A stretch of DNA of 64,000 bases from a virus (IMGVR_UViG_3300033075_001896:1-64000), one strand, 5' to 3'. Shown: positions 18,002 through 27,850, numbered from the stretch's first letter. Numbers and translations: made by a program. The notes: generated by a model from the letters alone, not told the origin.

Positions 18002-18267
18002 GGCTTCTTCTTGGGCCTGCCCGGTCCCCGCGGCGCCCGCGACGCCGGGGCTTCGAAGAGCTCCTGAAGGGTCGCGCAGCCGAGGGCGTTGGCGATCGCG
18101 ACGAGCCGAGTGACGCCGACCGCGGGGAGGGCCGCACCCTCGATCTTGCGCAGGTGCGTCACGTCCATCCCGACCCGCTCGGCGAGCTCGTCCTGCGTGA
18201 GCCCGCGCGCCTCGCGAAGCTCGGCGATCCGACGACCCAGGTCTGCGAGCACGTCTGCGGCGTCCAC
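17998..18267 (-). CDS. XRE-family HTH regulator
   Basis: LGRRIAELREARGLTQDELAERVGMDVTHLRKIE...IANALG. Confidence 0.85.
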   Translation of the reverse strand: MDAADVLADLGRRIAELREARGLTQDELAERVGMDVTHLRKIEGAALPAVGVTRLVAIANALGCATLQELFEAPASRAPRGPGRPKKKP

Positions 18268-18381
18268 GTCCGCGATGTCGGCGGTTCGCGGGGCAGCAAA
18301 ACAGCGCAGCGCTTGCGCTGTTTCTCGCTCGCACCTGATGCACCCTAGACCTTTTCCTGAACATCTGTAGAGTACCGCCCC

Positions 18382-18789
18382 ATGCTCAGACCAGCCATGG
18401 GGCGACCGGAGCGGACGCAGGGCGTGGGCGCCCGCAGGCTCGCGGGAATCCCGGTGCCGCGCTTCGAGGCGTTGGCCTCGCGCGTGCGCGCGGCGCGCGT
18501 CGGGCCGGGCGTGGAGGGCCTGGCCGCCGGGCAGGGCCTCGCGATCTACGTCCGCCCCCTGCCTCCCGACCTCGGGAGCTCCGAAGGCTTGCTCCTCGCG
18601 AGCGGCCTGCACGTCCGCCACGACCCCGACCCCGCCGTCGTCGCGCGCCGCGCGTACGTCCTCCTCGCGAGCCACCTCCTGCGCGACACGCAGCCGACCG
18701 AGCGCGACGTGTGGTCGCTCGCCGCGCGCCTCGCTGCTGAAAAAGACCGCGGAAACTCCCCCGTTTTACGGCGTGCGCGACAAAAGTAG
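18382..18789 (+). CDS. Hypothetical protein
   Basis: ORF in the immunity region; no motif recognised. Confidence 0.45.
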   Translation: MLRPAMGRPERTQGVGARRLAGIPVPRFEALASRVRAARVGPGVEGLAAGQGLAIYVRPLPPDLGSSEGLLLASGLHVRHDPDPAVVARRAYVLLASHLLRDTQPTERDVWSLAARLAAEKDRGNSPVLRRARQK

Positions 18790-18832
18790 CAAAAGGCTCT
18801 TGACGACATTTGTCGCAGAGCGTACATAGGTC
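18777..18832 (+). promoter_or_regulatory. Rightward early promoter TTGACG-N17-TACATA with two operator-like palindromes (18777-18790, 18803-18816)
   Basis: TTGACGACATTTGTCGCAGAGCGTACATAGGTC, same architecture as the leftward promoter. Confidence 0.6.
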
Positions 18833-18875
18833 CTCGTTCCTGCCGCTCTTGCGCGGTGGGGACGGAGACCACGCC

Positions 18876-19094
18876 GTGCAAACCACCCCCTGTCCCTTCT
18901 GCGAAACCCCCCACGTCGTCACCGACCGTGACCGTCGCGATGACCACGGAAACCCGGTCTCGGACGAGATCGCGGTCATGACGGCGCACTTCCGCTTCGA
19001 GCTCGACGAGAAGCTCAAGCGGCCCTTCGAACTCTTCGAGAAGCGCACGCCCCTCCGTCGCGTCCGCCGTGCCGCGAAGGCGGGTGCGCGATGA
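18876..19094 (+). CDS. Hypothetical protein
   Basis: GGAG RBS, CPFC. Confidence 0.5.
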   Translation: MQTTPCPFCETPHVVTDRDRRDDHGNPVSDEIAVMTAHFRFELDEKLKRPFELFEKRTPLRRVRRAAKAGAR

Positions 19095-19402
19095 GCGCCC
19101 CGTCGCCCCTCTTCGCGCGGCGCGACCCGAACCTCGCGGCGCGTCTCCAGGCTGCGGCGGTGCTCGCGGCGTCGTCGAACGCCGAGGCGTGGGTGGAGTG
19201 CTTCGGTGAGGAGCCGTTCGCCCACGGCGACGAAGCGCGCCACGACAGCATCCACGTCGATGCGATCGCGTGCTTCCTCGGGCGCGACGAGGGGAGCGTG
19301 GACGCGCTCACCGACGACGAGCACGCGGCGCTCTGGCCCGTGTACCTCCCGATGCTCCGCGCGGAGATCGCGCGCCTCCAGCTCTCGAAGAGGGGTGCGT
19401 GA
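19091..19402 (+). CDS. Hypothetical protein
   Basis: ATGA coupling. Confidence 0.55.
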   Translation: MSAPSPLFARRDPNLAARLQAAAVLAASSNAEAWVECFGEEPFAHGDEARHDSIHVDAIACFLGRDEGSVDALTDDEHAALWPVYLPMLRAEIARLQLSKRGA

Positions 19403-19716
19403 TGCACGAGGACGCAGAGCAGCTCGTCCGCTTCGACCTCCTCGACACCGCCACGCGCGCGGGTCTGCGCTGTGCGGCGCTGCTGATCCCCACGGCCACC
19501 ACGCCCGCGCAGTGGGAGGCCATCGCCGCGGACTTCCGTAGCGCCGGGATGCGGTGGGGGTCGCACGTGCCCGGCCTCTCGGACGCGCACGATGCCGCGG
19601 AAGCCCTCGCGCGCGGCCGCCTCGACCGCGCCCTCGCGCACCTCGCCGACTCGTGCGGGACGACGCCCGAGGTGTGGCTGGCCACCACGCGCGAAGAAGC
19701 AAGGGCGCGCGCATGA
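19402..19716 (+). CDS. Hypothetical protein
   Basis: TGATG coupling. Confidence 0.55.
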   Translation: MHEDAEQLVRFDLLDTATRAGLRCAALLIPTATTPAQWEAIAADFRSAGMRWGSHVPGLSDAHDAAEALARGRLDRALAHLADSCGTTPEVWLATTREEARARA

Positions 19717-20030
19717 AGACGACGCACTGCGAAGCCTGCGGCGCGGAGGGCAAGGTCGGCGCGCTCTCGGGACTCTGCGCGGTCTGCGAAGACGACGTCG
19801 CGCTGCACGCGGCGGCGCTCGAACTCGTCGATCTCGAACTCCCCGCCGCGCGCCTCTGCCCCATCTGCGAGCGCGAGGTCGGCTCGGACCTCGGCGGGTG
19901 GAGCCCCTGCGCGGCGTGTCGCCAGCACGAGACCCGCATCGCGGCGCTCGCGCGCCTCGGCGGGTTCGCGGTGCCGGTGATGGACCGCGACCTCGGCGTC
20001 GCCGACCGGCTCACGGGAGCGGCGTCGTGA
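19713..20030 (+). CDS. Zinc-finger hypothetical protein
   Basis: Four CxxC pairs. Confidence 0.55.
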   Translation: MKTTHCEACGAEGKVGALSGLCAVCEDDVALHAAALELVDLELPAARLCPICEREVGSDLGGWSPCAACRQHETRIAALARLGGFAVPVMDRDLGVADRLTGAAS

Positions 20031-20896
20031 GCCCCGCGATCGTCCACGCCCTGCGGCACCGCCCCATCCTCACGAAGGGCGGGCCGGTGCACCTCTACGT
20101 CTTCGTGCCCGGGAAGGACCGGGCGAAGATCCTCTGCCGCGAGGCCACCGACGCGATCGTCGCGAAGATCGACGGCGCCTCCGTGGTCACGCGCCTCGCG
20201 CGCTGCAAGGGGTCGCTCACGAAGCCGCAGGGCTACGCGCGGCAGGTGCGGGTGCCCGACACGCGGGTGGTCGGGGGGATGCACGCCGCGGCGTCGGTGC
20301 TCCTGCGCCGCGGGGGGTGCGTCGAGGTCGAGCGCGACGCCGACGTGGCGCCCGACGGCGTGGCGCGCAAGTTCGTGATCGGGACGGCGTGGCGCGCGGT
20401 CGTGGCGTGCGAGGACCCGTCGCACGTCCGCCGCGTCGTCGCCGCGGGGCACGCGCCCTGCGTCCGGTGCGAGGTCGAGAGCCTCTACCCGGTGCCGGTC
20501 GCGGACGAGATGAGCCGCGTGGAGTCGCTCGTCTCGGAGGCCGTCTGTTCGTGGCTCCCGCTGGTGCTCCGCGGGACGCCCGTCGCGGGGCGCTTCCTGA
20601 GCCGCAACGTTTACGTCGAGGACGCGCGCGACTATGCCGGGCACCTCGTCACGCTGCGCGACGCGCTCCCGGCGGGTGATGACGAGAGCGACTGGCAGGA
20701 CGCGCATACGGCCCTGCACGAGGCCGCGCACGCCTGCTACGCGCTCGCGACGTGCGAGTTCGCCAACGCGGGCCGCACGCGGCTCCTCGCTGAAACGATC
20801 CGACGCGCGAACGCCGTGGGGGCGCTCGCGAAGAAGCTCCACGGGGAGCACTACCGCAGGGCGGTGCGCGAGGCCCGCGGCATGGGCGTGCTGTGA
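20027..20896 (+). CDS. Hypothetical protein
   Basis: GTGA coupling. Confidence 0.55.
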   Translation: MSPAIVHALRHRPILTKGGPVHLYVFVPGKDRAKILCREATDAIVAKIDGASVVTRLARCKGSLTKPQGYARQVRVPDTRVVGGMHAAASVLLRRGGCVEVERDADVAPDGVARKFVIGTAWRAVVACEDPSHVRRVVAAGHAPCVRCEVESLYPVPVADEMSRVESLVSEAVCSWLPLVLRGTPVAGRFLSRNVYVEDARDYAGHLVTLRDALPAGDDESDWQDAHTALHEAAHACYALATCEFANAGRTRLLAETIRRANAVGALAKKLHGEHYRRAVREARGMGVL

Positions 20897-20907
20897 AAGG
20901 AACCACG

Positions 20908-22056
20908 ATGAAGACGACGAAGGTTGCGCCGATCCCGCTCTACAAGGTGCTCGTGAACGGCGAGAGCCGCCACTACGTGCCCCTCGAACTCAGGAACTTG
21001 AAGGAGTTCTACAAGTGGTCACTCCCCGTGCAGAACGAGGACGGCACGTGGACGCCGGGCGCGTGGCACGAGGTCGCGGGCGAGGTGGTGCTCTGCAAGA
21101 ACGGGCTGCACCTCACGCCCGACCCGCTCGCGTGGTGGCTTGACGGCGCGGTGGTGTACCGCGTCGAGGCCGAGGGCGTCGTCGGCGATCCGGCGAACTG
21201 CAAGGGCCCGGAGGGGCTGCCGAAGGTCGCCGCGAAGCGCGTGCGGCTCCTCGAACCCGTGGACATGACCGCGCTCCTCGACGCGCGTCACGCGGAATGG
21301 CTCGCCGAAGCTGCGAAGGAGCGGCGCGAGAGTGAGAAGGCGCGGCTCCTGTGGGACGCGAATGCGCCGCTCCGCGAGGCGCAGGAAGCCGAGGGCAGGA
21401 AGAAGGAAGAGGCCGAACGAGCGGCGTGGGCGAAGAAACAGGCTCGCGATGAGAAGGAGTCCGAGGAGAGGCGGAAGGCCGACCGGGCGGAGCACGCCCG
21501 CGTGCTCGCGCTCACGCCCGCGCAGCGCGCCGCCGAGCGGAAGGCCGGAACCGTGGCCCTCTCTCCCGTGCTGTCGGCCGCCATGGTGTTCTGGCACAAC
21601 ATCCCGCGCGGCTCCTGGCAGAAGCTCAACGAGGGGATGGCGCGGCTCGTCCGCCTCGCGATCGAGACCGGGATGGCGTTCGACGAGTCCGACGTCGAAG
21701 ACCTCTGCGCGAAGTTTCGGGGTTCGTACTGGCTGCTTCCCGAGCACCTCTACAACCACGCCGTCGAGGCGCGGAACGTCTCGGCGTGTCGCTCGATTGA
21801 GCGTCACCTCGGGCGCACGCCCTGGATCGTGAACGGCCAACGCCTCGCGGTGGGGAGCGGGCTCACGTGGGAGGGCAAGGCGTGCAAGGTGACCTCGTTT
21901 AACGACGGGAACGACACCTTCATCGCGTGCTCGTACAAGTCCGCGCCGCGTGGACGCGACACCGACCGAGTGCTCGATAAGCGCTTCACGGTCACGCGCG
22001 AGGCGTTCAAGCAGGCGTTCGGCGCGAAGAAGAAGACCGAGGACAAGGCCGCCTGA
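20908..22056 (+). CDS. Hypothetical phage protein with coiled-coil middle
   Basis: AAGGA RBS; LCKNGLH...KVAAKRVRLL N-terminal domain. Confidence 0.65.
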   Translation: MKTTKVAPIPLYKVLVNGESRHYVPLELRNLKEFYKWSLPVQNEDGTWTPGAWHEVAGEVVLCKNGLHLTPDPLAWWLDGAVVYRVEAEGVVGDPANCKGPEGLPKVAAKRVRLLEPVDMTALLDARHAEWLAEAAKERRESEKARLLWDANAPLREAQEAEGRKKEEAERAAWAKKQARDEKESEERRKADRAEHARVLALTPAQRAAERKAGTVALSPVLSAAMVFWHNIPRGSWQKLNEGMARLVRLAIETGMAFDESDVEDLCAKFRGSYWLLPEHLYNHAVEARNVSACRSIERHLGRTPWIVNGQRLAVGSGLTWEGKACKVTSFNDGNDTFIACSYKSAPRGRDTDRVLDKRFTVTREAFKQAFGAKKKTEDKAA

Positions 22057-22460
22057 TGTCTACCGAGAGCGAAAGCGCAACGGCCTGGACGGAGCCGCGC
22101 ACGATCGACGAGGCCGAGGCCCGTCGCGCGGACGCCATCGGCAAGGTCGCCCGCATCGAGGAGCAGCTCGCCGACGAGGACCGTTGCGCGCAACCGGACT
22201 ACGACGCGTGGCGGAAGAAGGCCCGCGGTGCGCTCCGCCACGCGCAGGAGGAGCTCACGCGGATCAACGCGTGGCTGCGGAAGGCCCGCGCCGCGCGTCG
22301 CCAGGACCTTCACCGGGAGCTCCTCGACGCGTCCGCGCGCGCCGCCGCCGAACTCCAGCGCTGGCGCCTCGGGGCGCCGTGGGACGCGCACGCCGACGCC
22401 GCCGCGCGCCACCTCGACCGGACGCTCGACGCGCTCCGCACGAGGGACCGGGACCGATGA
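22056..22460 (+). CDS. Hypothetical coiled-coil protein
   Basis: TGATG coupling. Confidence 0.55.
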   Translation: MSTESESATAWTEPRTIDEAEARRADAIGKVARIEEQLADEDRCAQPDYDAWRKKARGALRHAQEELTRINAWLRKARAARRQDLHRELLDASARAAAELQRWRLGAPWDAHADAAARHLDRTLDALRTRDRDR

Positions 22461-22708
22461 GCCCCTACGGCTTCGCCCTCGCCGGGTTCGTGCTCGCGAC
22501 CGCCTACGTGCTCCCGGCGCACATCGTCCGCGGGCCGTGGACGCGCGGCGACCTCGGGGCGCACGTCGTCGCGGTCCTGATGGTCGTCGCCGCGATGCTC
22601 GCCGAGTGGTCGCGCGGCGACCTCCGCGTCGCAGGGTTCTTCGCGGGGATCGCCGCCCCGCTCGGCTTCTCGCTCTTTCTCCTCATGCTCGAAGGGACCG
22701 AACCATGA
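22457..22708 (+). CDS. Small membrane protein (3 TM)
   Basis: Three hydrophobic segments; ATGA coupling. Confidence 0.55.
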   Translation: MSPYGFALAGFVLATAYVLPAHIVRGPWTRGDLGAHVVAVLMVVAAMLAEWSRGDLRVAGFFAGIAAPLGFSLFLLMLEGTEP

Positions 22709-23280
22709 CCGCACAGCCGCTCCTCTTCCCCGCCAACGACACGACGCCCGTCCCGCGCCCGCGCCGCCGCCTCGACATCTACCCGCGCGCGCGCCGCCCG
22801 TACGTCCGCACGCCGCGGAGCGTGCTCGACCCGAACGGCGTCGAGGAGGAGGCCGCGCTCGTCGAACTCGCCGTGCGCACCGACCTCGCGTGCAGGCTCG
22901 TGGTGGGCGCGCGCGGGGAGGCCCGCGTCGACGTCCTGCCGACGCTCTGGGAGGGCGAGGCCACCGTGACCGTCGTCGGGAAGTCCCCCGCGACCGAGGA
23001 CGACGGCGCGGCGTGGTGGTGCGAGTCCTTCGTCGCGGCGGGCCCTCGCACGCTCGCGCGTCGGGCGTCGGCCTGGCTCTCGACCTTCGACGACGCGGAC
23101 GTGCGCGTCGCCCGCGCCGAGGCCCTGGAGATCGACGCCGAGGGGCGCACCGTGCTCCGCTTGCGTCGCGACGCGGCGGGCGCGTGGTGTGTCGCGTCCG
23201 AGGCCCCGCGCGGGGTCGCCCCCCCGGTCGTGGTGGTGCGCGCGCACGCGGGGTGCAGCGAGCTCGCGCATGGAGCGTGA
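22705..23280 (+). CDS. Hypothetical protein
   Basis: ATGA coupling. Confidence 0.5.
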   Translation: MTAQPLLFPANDTTPVPRPRRRLDIYPRARRPYVRTPRSVLDPNGVEEEAALVELAVRTDLACRLVVGARGEARVDVLPTLWEGEATVTVVGKSPATEDDGAAWWCESFVAAGPRTLARRASAWLSTFDDADVRVARAEALEIDAEGRTVLRLRRDAAGAWCVASEAPRGVAPPVVVVRAHAGCSELAHGA

Positions 23281-23839
23281 CCTCGACATGGACCGCGCGC
23301 CGTGCGACGCGATCGAGACGCCCGCGAGCCCCGCGCCACGGCGCAGGCGGCACATGCTGCACATGCTGCGGACGTTCCTCGCGGAGAGCCTCCCCGCGGA
23401 CGCGACGTGCCCGACGGACCACCCGCGGCCCGCGACGCGCGCCGAGTGCGAACCCGGGGGCGCGCTGCACCTGCGGCCGTGCCCGTTCGTCGGGTGCAAG
23501 CACCACCTCTTCCTCGACCCCGGCCGCGCCGCGAAGGGCTCCGTGCGCTTCGCGTTCCCCGGCAAGGAGCCGCGCGAGATCCCCGCGTCGTGCGCGCTCG
23601 ATGAGGCCGCGAGAGGCGGGCACACGCTCGACGAAGTGGGCGCGCGGATGGGGATGACCCGCGAGCGCACGCGCCAGCTCGAAGCGTCGGGGCTCGCCAA
23701 GGTCCGCGACGCGCTGCGGGACCTCGGCGTGAACTACCTCGACCTCACGGCCGAGGACCTTCGCCGCGAGCTCGGCGAGCCGAAGCCGCCGAAGCACAAG
23801 CCGAAGCACAAGCCGAAGAACCAGAAGAAGGGCCGATGA
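23270..23839 (+). CDS. Zn-binding + sigma-70 region 4 HTH DNA-binding protein
   Basis: RPCPFVGCKHHL; TLDEVGARMGMTRERTRQLEASGLAKVR. Confidence 0.8.
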   Translation: MERDLDMDRAPCDAIETPASPAPRRRRHMLHMLRTFLAESLPADATCPTDHPRPATRAECEPGGALHLRPCPFVGCKHHLFLDPGRAAKGSVRFAFPGKEPREIPASCALDEAARGGHTLDEVGARMGMTRERTRQLEASGLAKVRDALRDLGVNYLDLTAEDLRRELGEPKPPKHKPKHKPKNQKKGR

Positions 23840-23842
23840 ACG

Positions 23843-24937
23843 ATGAGCGACGAGACAAGCATCGAGTGGGCGGATACGACGTGGCAACCGACGTCGGGGT
23901 GCAAGCGCACCTCGCCGGGGTGCGGCCCCGCGCGCGGCAAGGGCGGCTGCTACGCGGAGCGCATGGCGTGGCGGCTCGCGCACAACCCCGCGGTGCCGCG
24001 CTACAAGGACCTCGTTCGCATGACCGACAAGGGGCCTCGGTGGACCGGCGCGGCGCGGGTGAACGAAGATCTTCTGCTCGGCCCTCTTCATTGGAAGAAG
24101 CCGCGTCGCGTCTTCGTCGATTCGATGGCCGACCTCTTCTTCGAGAAGCTCTCCGACGGCGACATCGACCTCGCGTTCGCGACGATGCTGGCGAGTGAGG
24201 TGCTCTCCAATCAGGCCAAGCACATCTATCAGGTGCTCTCCAAGCGCTCGCGCCGCATGCGCACGTACTTCGAGGCCGGTGCGGAGGAGCTGCTCAAGCG
24301 GTGGGCGAAGGCGGCCGACGGTCGGGTGATCCTCGACGACCCGGACGTCTACTTCTCCGAACACATCGACGCGCACTGCGCCGCGCTGTGGGACGAAAAC
24401 GGACGGGCGATGACGCCCGTCGTGCCCTGGAGCCACCCCGAGAACCTCTTTCCCCTGCGTCACGTCTGGCTCGGTGTCTCGGTAGAAGATCAGGAGCGCG
24501 CCGAGGAGCGCTTGCCCGACCTCACGGCGATTCCGGCTGGGGTGCGCTGGCTCTCGGTGGAGCCGCTCCTCGGGCCGGTGACGTTCGGCGTCGATCCCGA
24601 GGCCACCACGAACCGCTTCGGCTTGCTCTCGTGCCCGCGGTGTCGCGGCTGGGGCGTCGTGCGACGCTCCGGTTCCATCAACGAGTCCGGGTTCGCCGAC
24701 GAGATGACGTGCGCGCACTGCAAGGGGAGCGGCTGCGCGGTGGACTGGATCGTGGTCGGCGCCGAGAGCGGCCCGAACGCGCGACCGATGGAACGCGAAT
24801 GGGTCCGCGCGATTCGAGACGAGGTGACGCCCATCGGCGTGAAGCTCTTCTACAAGCAGGAGAAGGACGCGCAGGGCCGCAAGGTCTCCCTCCCGCTCCT
24901 CGACGGACGTCAGTACGTGGAGATGCCCGATGTCTGA
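23843..24937 (+). CDS. DUF5131 (phage Gp37/Gp68) family protein
   Basis: TSIEWADTTWQPTSGC...CYAE, VFVDSMADLF, VWLGVSVEDQ, SVEPLLG, WIVVGAESGPNARPM. Confidence 0.92.
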   Translation: MSDETSIEWADTTWQPTSGCKRTSPGCGPARGKGGCYAERMAWRLAHNPAVPRYKDLVRMTDKGPRWTGAARVNEDLLLGPLHWKKPRRVFVDSMADLFFEKLSDGDIDLAFATMLASEVLSNQAKHIYQVLSKRSRRMRTYFEAGAEELLKRWAKAADGRVILDDPDVYFSEHIDAHCAALWDENGRAMTPVVPWSHPENLFPLRHVWLGVSVEDQERAEERLPDLTAIPAGVRWLSVEPLLGPVTFGVDPEATTNRFGLLSCPRCRGWGVVRRSGSINESGFADEMTCAHCKGSGCAVDWIVVGAESGPNARPMEREWVRAIRDEVTPIGVKLFYKQEKDAQGRKVSLPLLDGRQYVEMPDV

Positions 24938-25307
24938 GCGCGCCGAGACGCTCAAGCCCCTCTTCGCGAAGCTCCTCGACGCGAACGAAAAGGTGCTCGT
25001 GACGCTGCACGCGCAGTACGCGGCGGAGTCCACGGAGCCGCTCGTGATGGTGCTCGGGACGCGCGCCGCGCTCGCGAAGCTCTACCCGAACTACGCGGGC
25101 ACGAACCCCGTGGGCGTCGTGGCGTCGGGCACCTCGCGCCTGATCGGGAAGCTCGCGGCGATCGGCGAGACGGACGTGATCCCGCACCTTCTCGACCCGC
25201 AGCCCGAGGGTGCGGTGCGCGTCTTCCTGATGGACGGCAAGCACTTCGCGGTGCTCGACCTCGTGCCGAGTCGCACGCTCTGCAACCTCGACCTCGACCT
25301 CAACTGA
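24930..25307 (+). CDS. Hypothetical protein
   Basis: Operon coupling. Confidence 0.55.
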   Translation: MSERAETLKPLFAKLLDANEKVLVTLHAQYAAESTEPLVMVLGTRAALAKLYPNYAGTNPVGVVASGTSRLIGKLAAIGETDVIPHLLDPQPEGAVRVFLMDGKHFAVLDLVPSRTLCNLDLDLN

Positions 25308-25315
25308 AGGACACC

Positions 25316-25891
25316 ATGGACCCCACGACCTTCCCGCGTCGGCTCACGCCGCCCTCGACCCCCGCGTCCCGCGTCACGCTCGACGCGACCAACGCCCGCT
25401 TCGTCGGCCCTCACCTCGTCGTCTCGTGCCTCCGCGGCCTGCGCCACGCGGCGCTCGGCGACCGGCCGCGGGTCGTGCTCGACGTCCGCGACCCCGACGC
25501 GCCCGAGGACGGCGACGGCCCGGTGAAGCTTTGGGAGCGAATCGACGAGGCCCTCGGCGCGCACATCGTCCACTGGCGGAGCCTGCCGCTCCGCGACGGC
25601 TTCCCGGTGCCCGCGGAGGCCGCGCACGAGGCGGTCGAGTGGTACGCGGGGGTGCGGGCGAAGTGGGGTGAGGACGTGCTGGTGATCGTCCACTGCTTCG
25701 CGGGGCGCCAGCGCTCGGCGACGGTGGCCTACGCGCTCCTGCGGGCGGCGCACGGGCTCACCCACGACGAGGCCCTCGCGCGCGTGGGGGACCGCGTGGA
25801 GCACTGCGACCGGCCGTCGCTCTACCCGACGTGGCACCTCTACCAGCACGTCAAGGACTGGTGCGACGCCCGCGTCAACGCCCCGCGGTGA
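25316..25891 (+). CDS. Dual-specificity/tyrosine protein phosphatase
   Basis: VIVHCFAGRQRSA (HCX5R); upstream LRDG acid loop. Confidence 0.85.
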   Translation: MDPTTFPRRLTPPSTPASRVTLDATNARFVGPHLVVSCLRGLRHAALGDRPRVVLDVRDPDAPEDGDGPVKLWERIDEALGAHIVHWRSLPLRDGFPVPAEAAHEAVEWYAGVRAKWGEDVLVIVHCFAGRQRSATVAYALLRAAHGLTHDEALARVGDRVEHCDRPSLYPTWHLYQHVKDWCDARVNAPR

Positions 25892-25934
25892 CCGACCCCA
25901 AAGGACCGCAAGACACCCCTCACCGAGGAGCATC

Positions 25935-27839
25935 ATGTTCGACCGCGACACGATCCGTGAAGTTCGCCAGCGCACCGACCTCGTCCAGCTCATCGATGAG
26001 TTCGTGCCGCTCCGGCGGAAGGGCGCGCGGCACTTCGGCCGGTGCCCCTTCCATCAGGAGAAGACGGCGAGCTTCAGCGTGTCGAACGACGTGGGGCTCG
26101 CATTTTGTTTTGGTTGCAAGTGGGGCGGCGACGCGCTCCGGTTCTTCATGGACTCGCAGGGCGTGTCCTTCCCCGAGGCGGTGCGGGCGCTCGCGCGTCG
26201 CGCGGGGGTGGAGATCCCCGAGGACCGCACGCCCGAGGAGATCGCCGAGGACCGGCGCCAGCACGACCTCGCGGGGCGGCTCCTGCGTGTGTGTGAGGTC
26301 GCGGCGGCGTTCTTCGAGCGCCAGCTCCACGAGGCGGAGTGGAGCGAGCTCGCGCGCGGGGCGCTCGACGAGCGCGGCGTCACCGCCGAGACGGCGGCGA
26401 CGTTCCGCCTCGGGTACGCGCCCGCGTCGTGGGACGCCCTGGCCGCGCACCTGCGCACCCACCAGCTCTCGCCGCACGACGCGACGCTCGCCGGGCTCCT
26501 CGTCGACGGCCGTCACGGGCCGCGCGACCGCTTCCGCCACCGCCTGATGTTCCCCATCCTCGACGCGGGCGGGCGCGTGGTGGCCTTCTCGGGCCGCATC
26601 CTCCCCGTCACGGCGGGCATGGAGGGGCTCGACGAGGGCCTCGTGCCCGAGGACGCCGGGAAGTACGTGAACAGCCCCGAGACGCCGCTCTACAAGAAGG
26701 GCGAGCTCCTCTACGGGCTCACGGCCGCGCGCATGAGCATCCGGCAGCGCGAGCGGGCGCTCCTCGTGGAGGGCAACTTCGACGTGGTGCAGATGCACCA
26801 GCACGGCTTCACCGAGACGGTCGCGCCGCTCGGGACGAGCTTCACCGACGCGCAGGCGAAGCTCCTGCGCCGCCACACCGACCGCGTGACCTTCCTCTTC
26901 GACGGGGACGGGGCGGGCCGCAGGGCGGCGCGCGCGGCGCACGCGGTGGCGGAGCGGGGCGGCTACGTGGCGCGCGTCGGCGTCCTTCCGCCCGACGCCG
27001 ACCCCGACAGCTACCTTCGGGCGCACGGCGCCCCCGCCCTCACGGCGACCCTCGGGCGCGCGGTCGGGATCGTGGAGTGGATCCTCACCGACGCCCTGGC
27101 GCACATGGGCGACACGGTGCCGGAGCGCGTGGCGGGCCTGCGGGAGATCGTGCCGCTCCTCGCCACGGTGCTCGACCCGATCGAGCGCGCCGAATACGTG
27201 CGCCTCGCCGCGCGCGCCCTCTACCTCGACGAGCCCCGCGTGCGCGAGGCGCTCCGGCAGTACGAGCGGGAGGCCGCGCGCGAGGCCCGCGAGGCGCCGC
27301 TCCCCGGCGCGCAGACGATCGACCGACGCCCCGGGCTCACCGCCTTGGGCGCCGAGGGGGACACCTCCGACCAGGCCGAGCGCCGCGCGATGGCGACCGG
27401 GGCCGAGGCGCTTCTCTACGCGCCGGCGCTCCTCGCGACCGACGAGGCCGCGCAGTTCGTCGCGCTCCTGCCCGTGGGGCCGCTCGCCGAGGTCCTGCGG
27501 CTCGCGCGCGAGGGGTGGCGGGAGGAGGGCCGGATCGACGGCGCGCAGCTCCTCGAAGCGTGCCCCGAGGCGCGGCTCCGGCAGTGGGTCGCGGCGCGGC
27601 TCCAGCCGCTCGACGACGAGGCCACGGCCGCGCTCTGCCCCGGCGCCCTCGCCGACGCCCGCGCGCGGCTCGCGCGGTGCCACGCCGCCCGCGAGAGCCA
27701 CCGCGCGCGGCAGGAGAGCGCCCGCGAAGGGGCGCGCGGCAACGCCCTCGGCGAGGTGCGGGTGCTCGAAGACGCGCGCAAGAAGCGCGAGCGGGAACGC
27801 GCGTCGGGCACGCCGTCTGCAACGGCCACGAGACGCTAG
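25935..27839 (+). CDS. dnaG: DNA primase
   Basis: CPFH...CFGC zinc finger, DRFRHRLMFPI, KYVNSPET, VEGNFDV, FDGDGAG, DPD (TOPRIM). Confidence 0.97.
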   Translation: MFDRDTIREVRQRTDLVQLIDEFVPLRRKGARHFGRCPFHQEKTASFSVSNDVGLAFCFGCKWGGDALRFFMDSQGVSFPEAVRALARRAGVEIPEDRTPEEIAEDRRQHDLAGRLLRVCEVAAAFFERQLHEAEWSELARGALDERGVTAETAATFRLGYAPASWDALAAHLRTHQLSPHDATLAGLLVDGRHGPRDRFRHRLMFPILDAGGRVVAFSGRILPVTAGMEGLDEGLVPEDAGKYVNSPETPLYKKGELLYGLTAARMSIRQRERALLVEGNFDVVQMHQHGFTETVAPLGTSFTDAQAKLLRRHTDRVTFLFDGDGAGRRAARAAHAVAERGGYVARVGVLPPDADPDSYLRAHGAPALTATLGRAVGIVEWILTDALAHMGDTVPERVAGLREIVPLLATVLDPIERAEYVRLAARALYLDEPRVREALRQYEREAAREAREAPLPGAQTIDRRPGLTALGAEGDTSDQAERRAMATGAEALLYAPALLATDEAAQFVALLPVGPLAEVLRLAREGWREEGRIDGAQLLEACPEARLRQWVAARLQPLDDEATAALCPGALADARARLARCHAARESHRARQESAREGARGNALGEVRVLEDARKKRERERASGTPSATATRR

Positions 27840-27850
27840 GAGAGGTCCCG

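Noticed and set aside
23781-23831. Short tandem repeat CCGAAGCACAAG
   Set aside because: Encodes a low-complexity PKHK tail; no sign of phase variation
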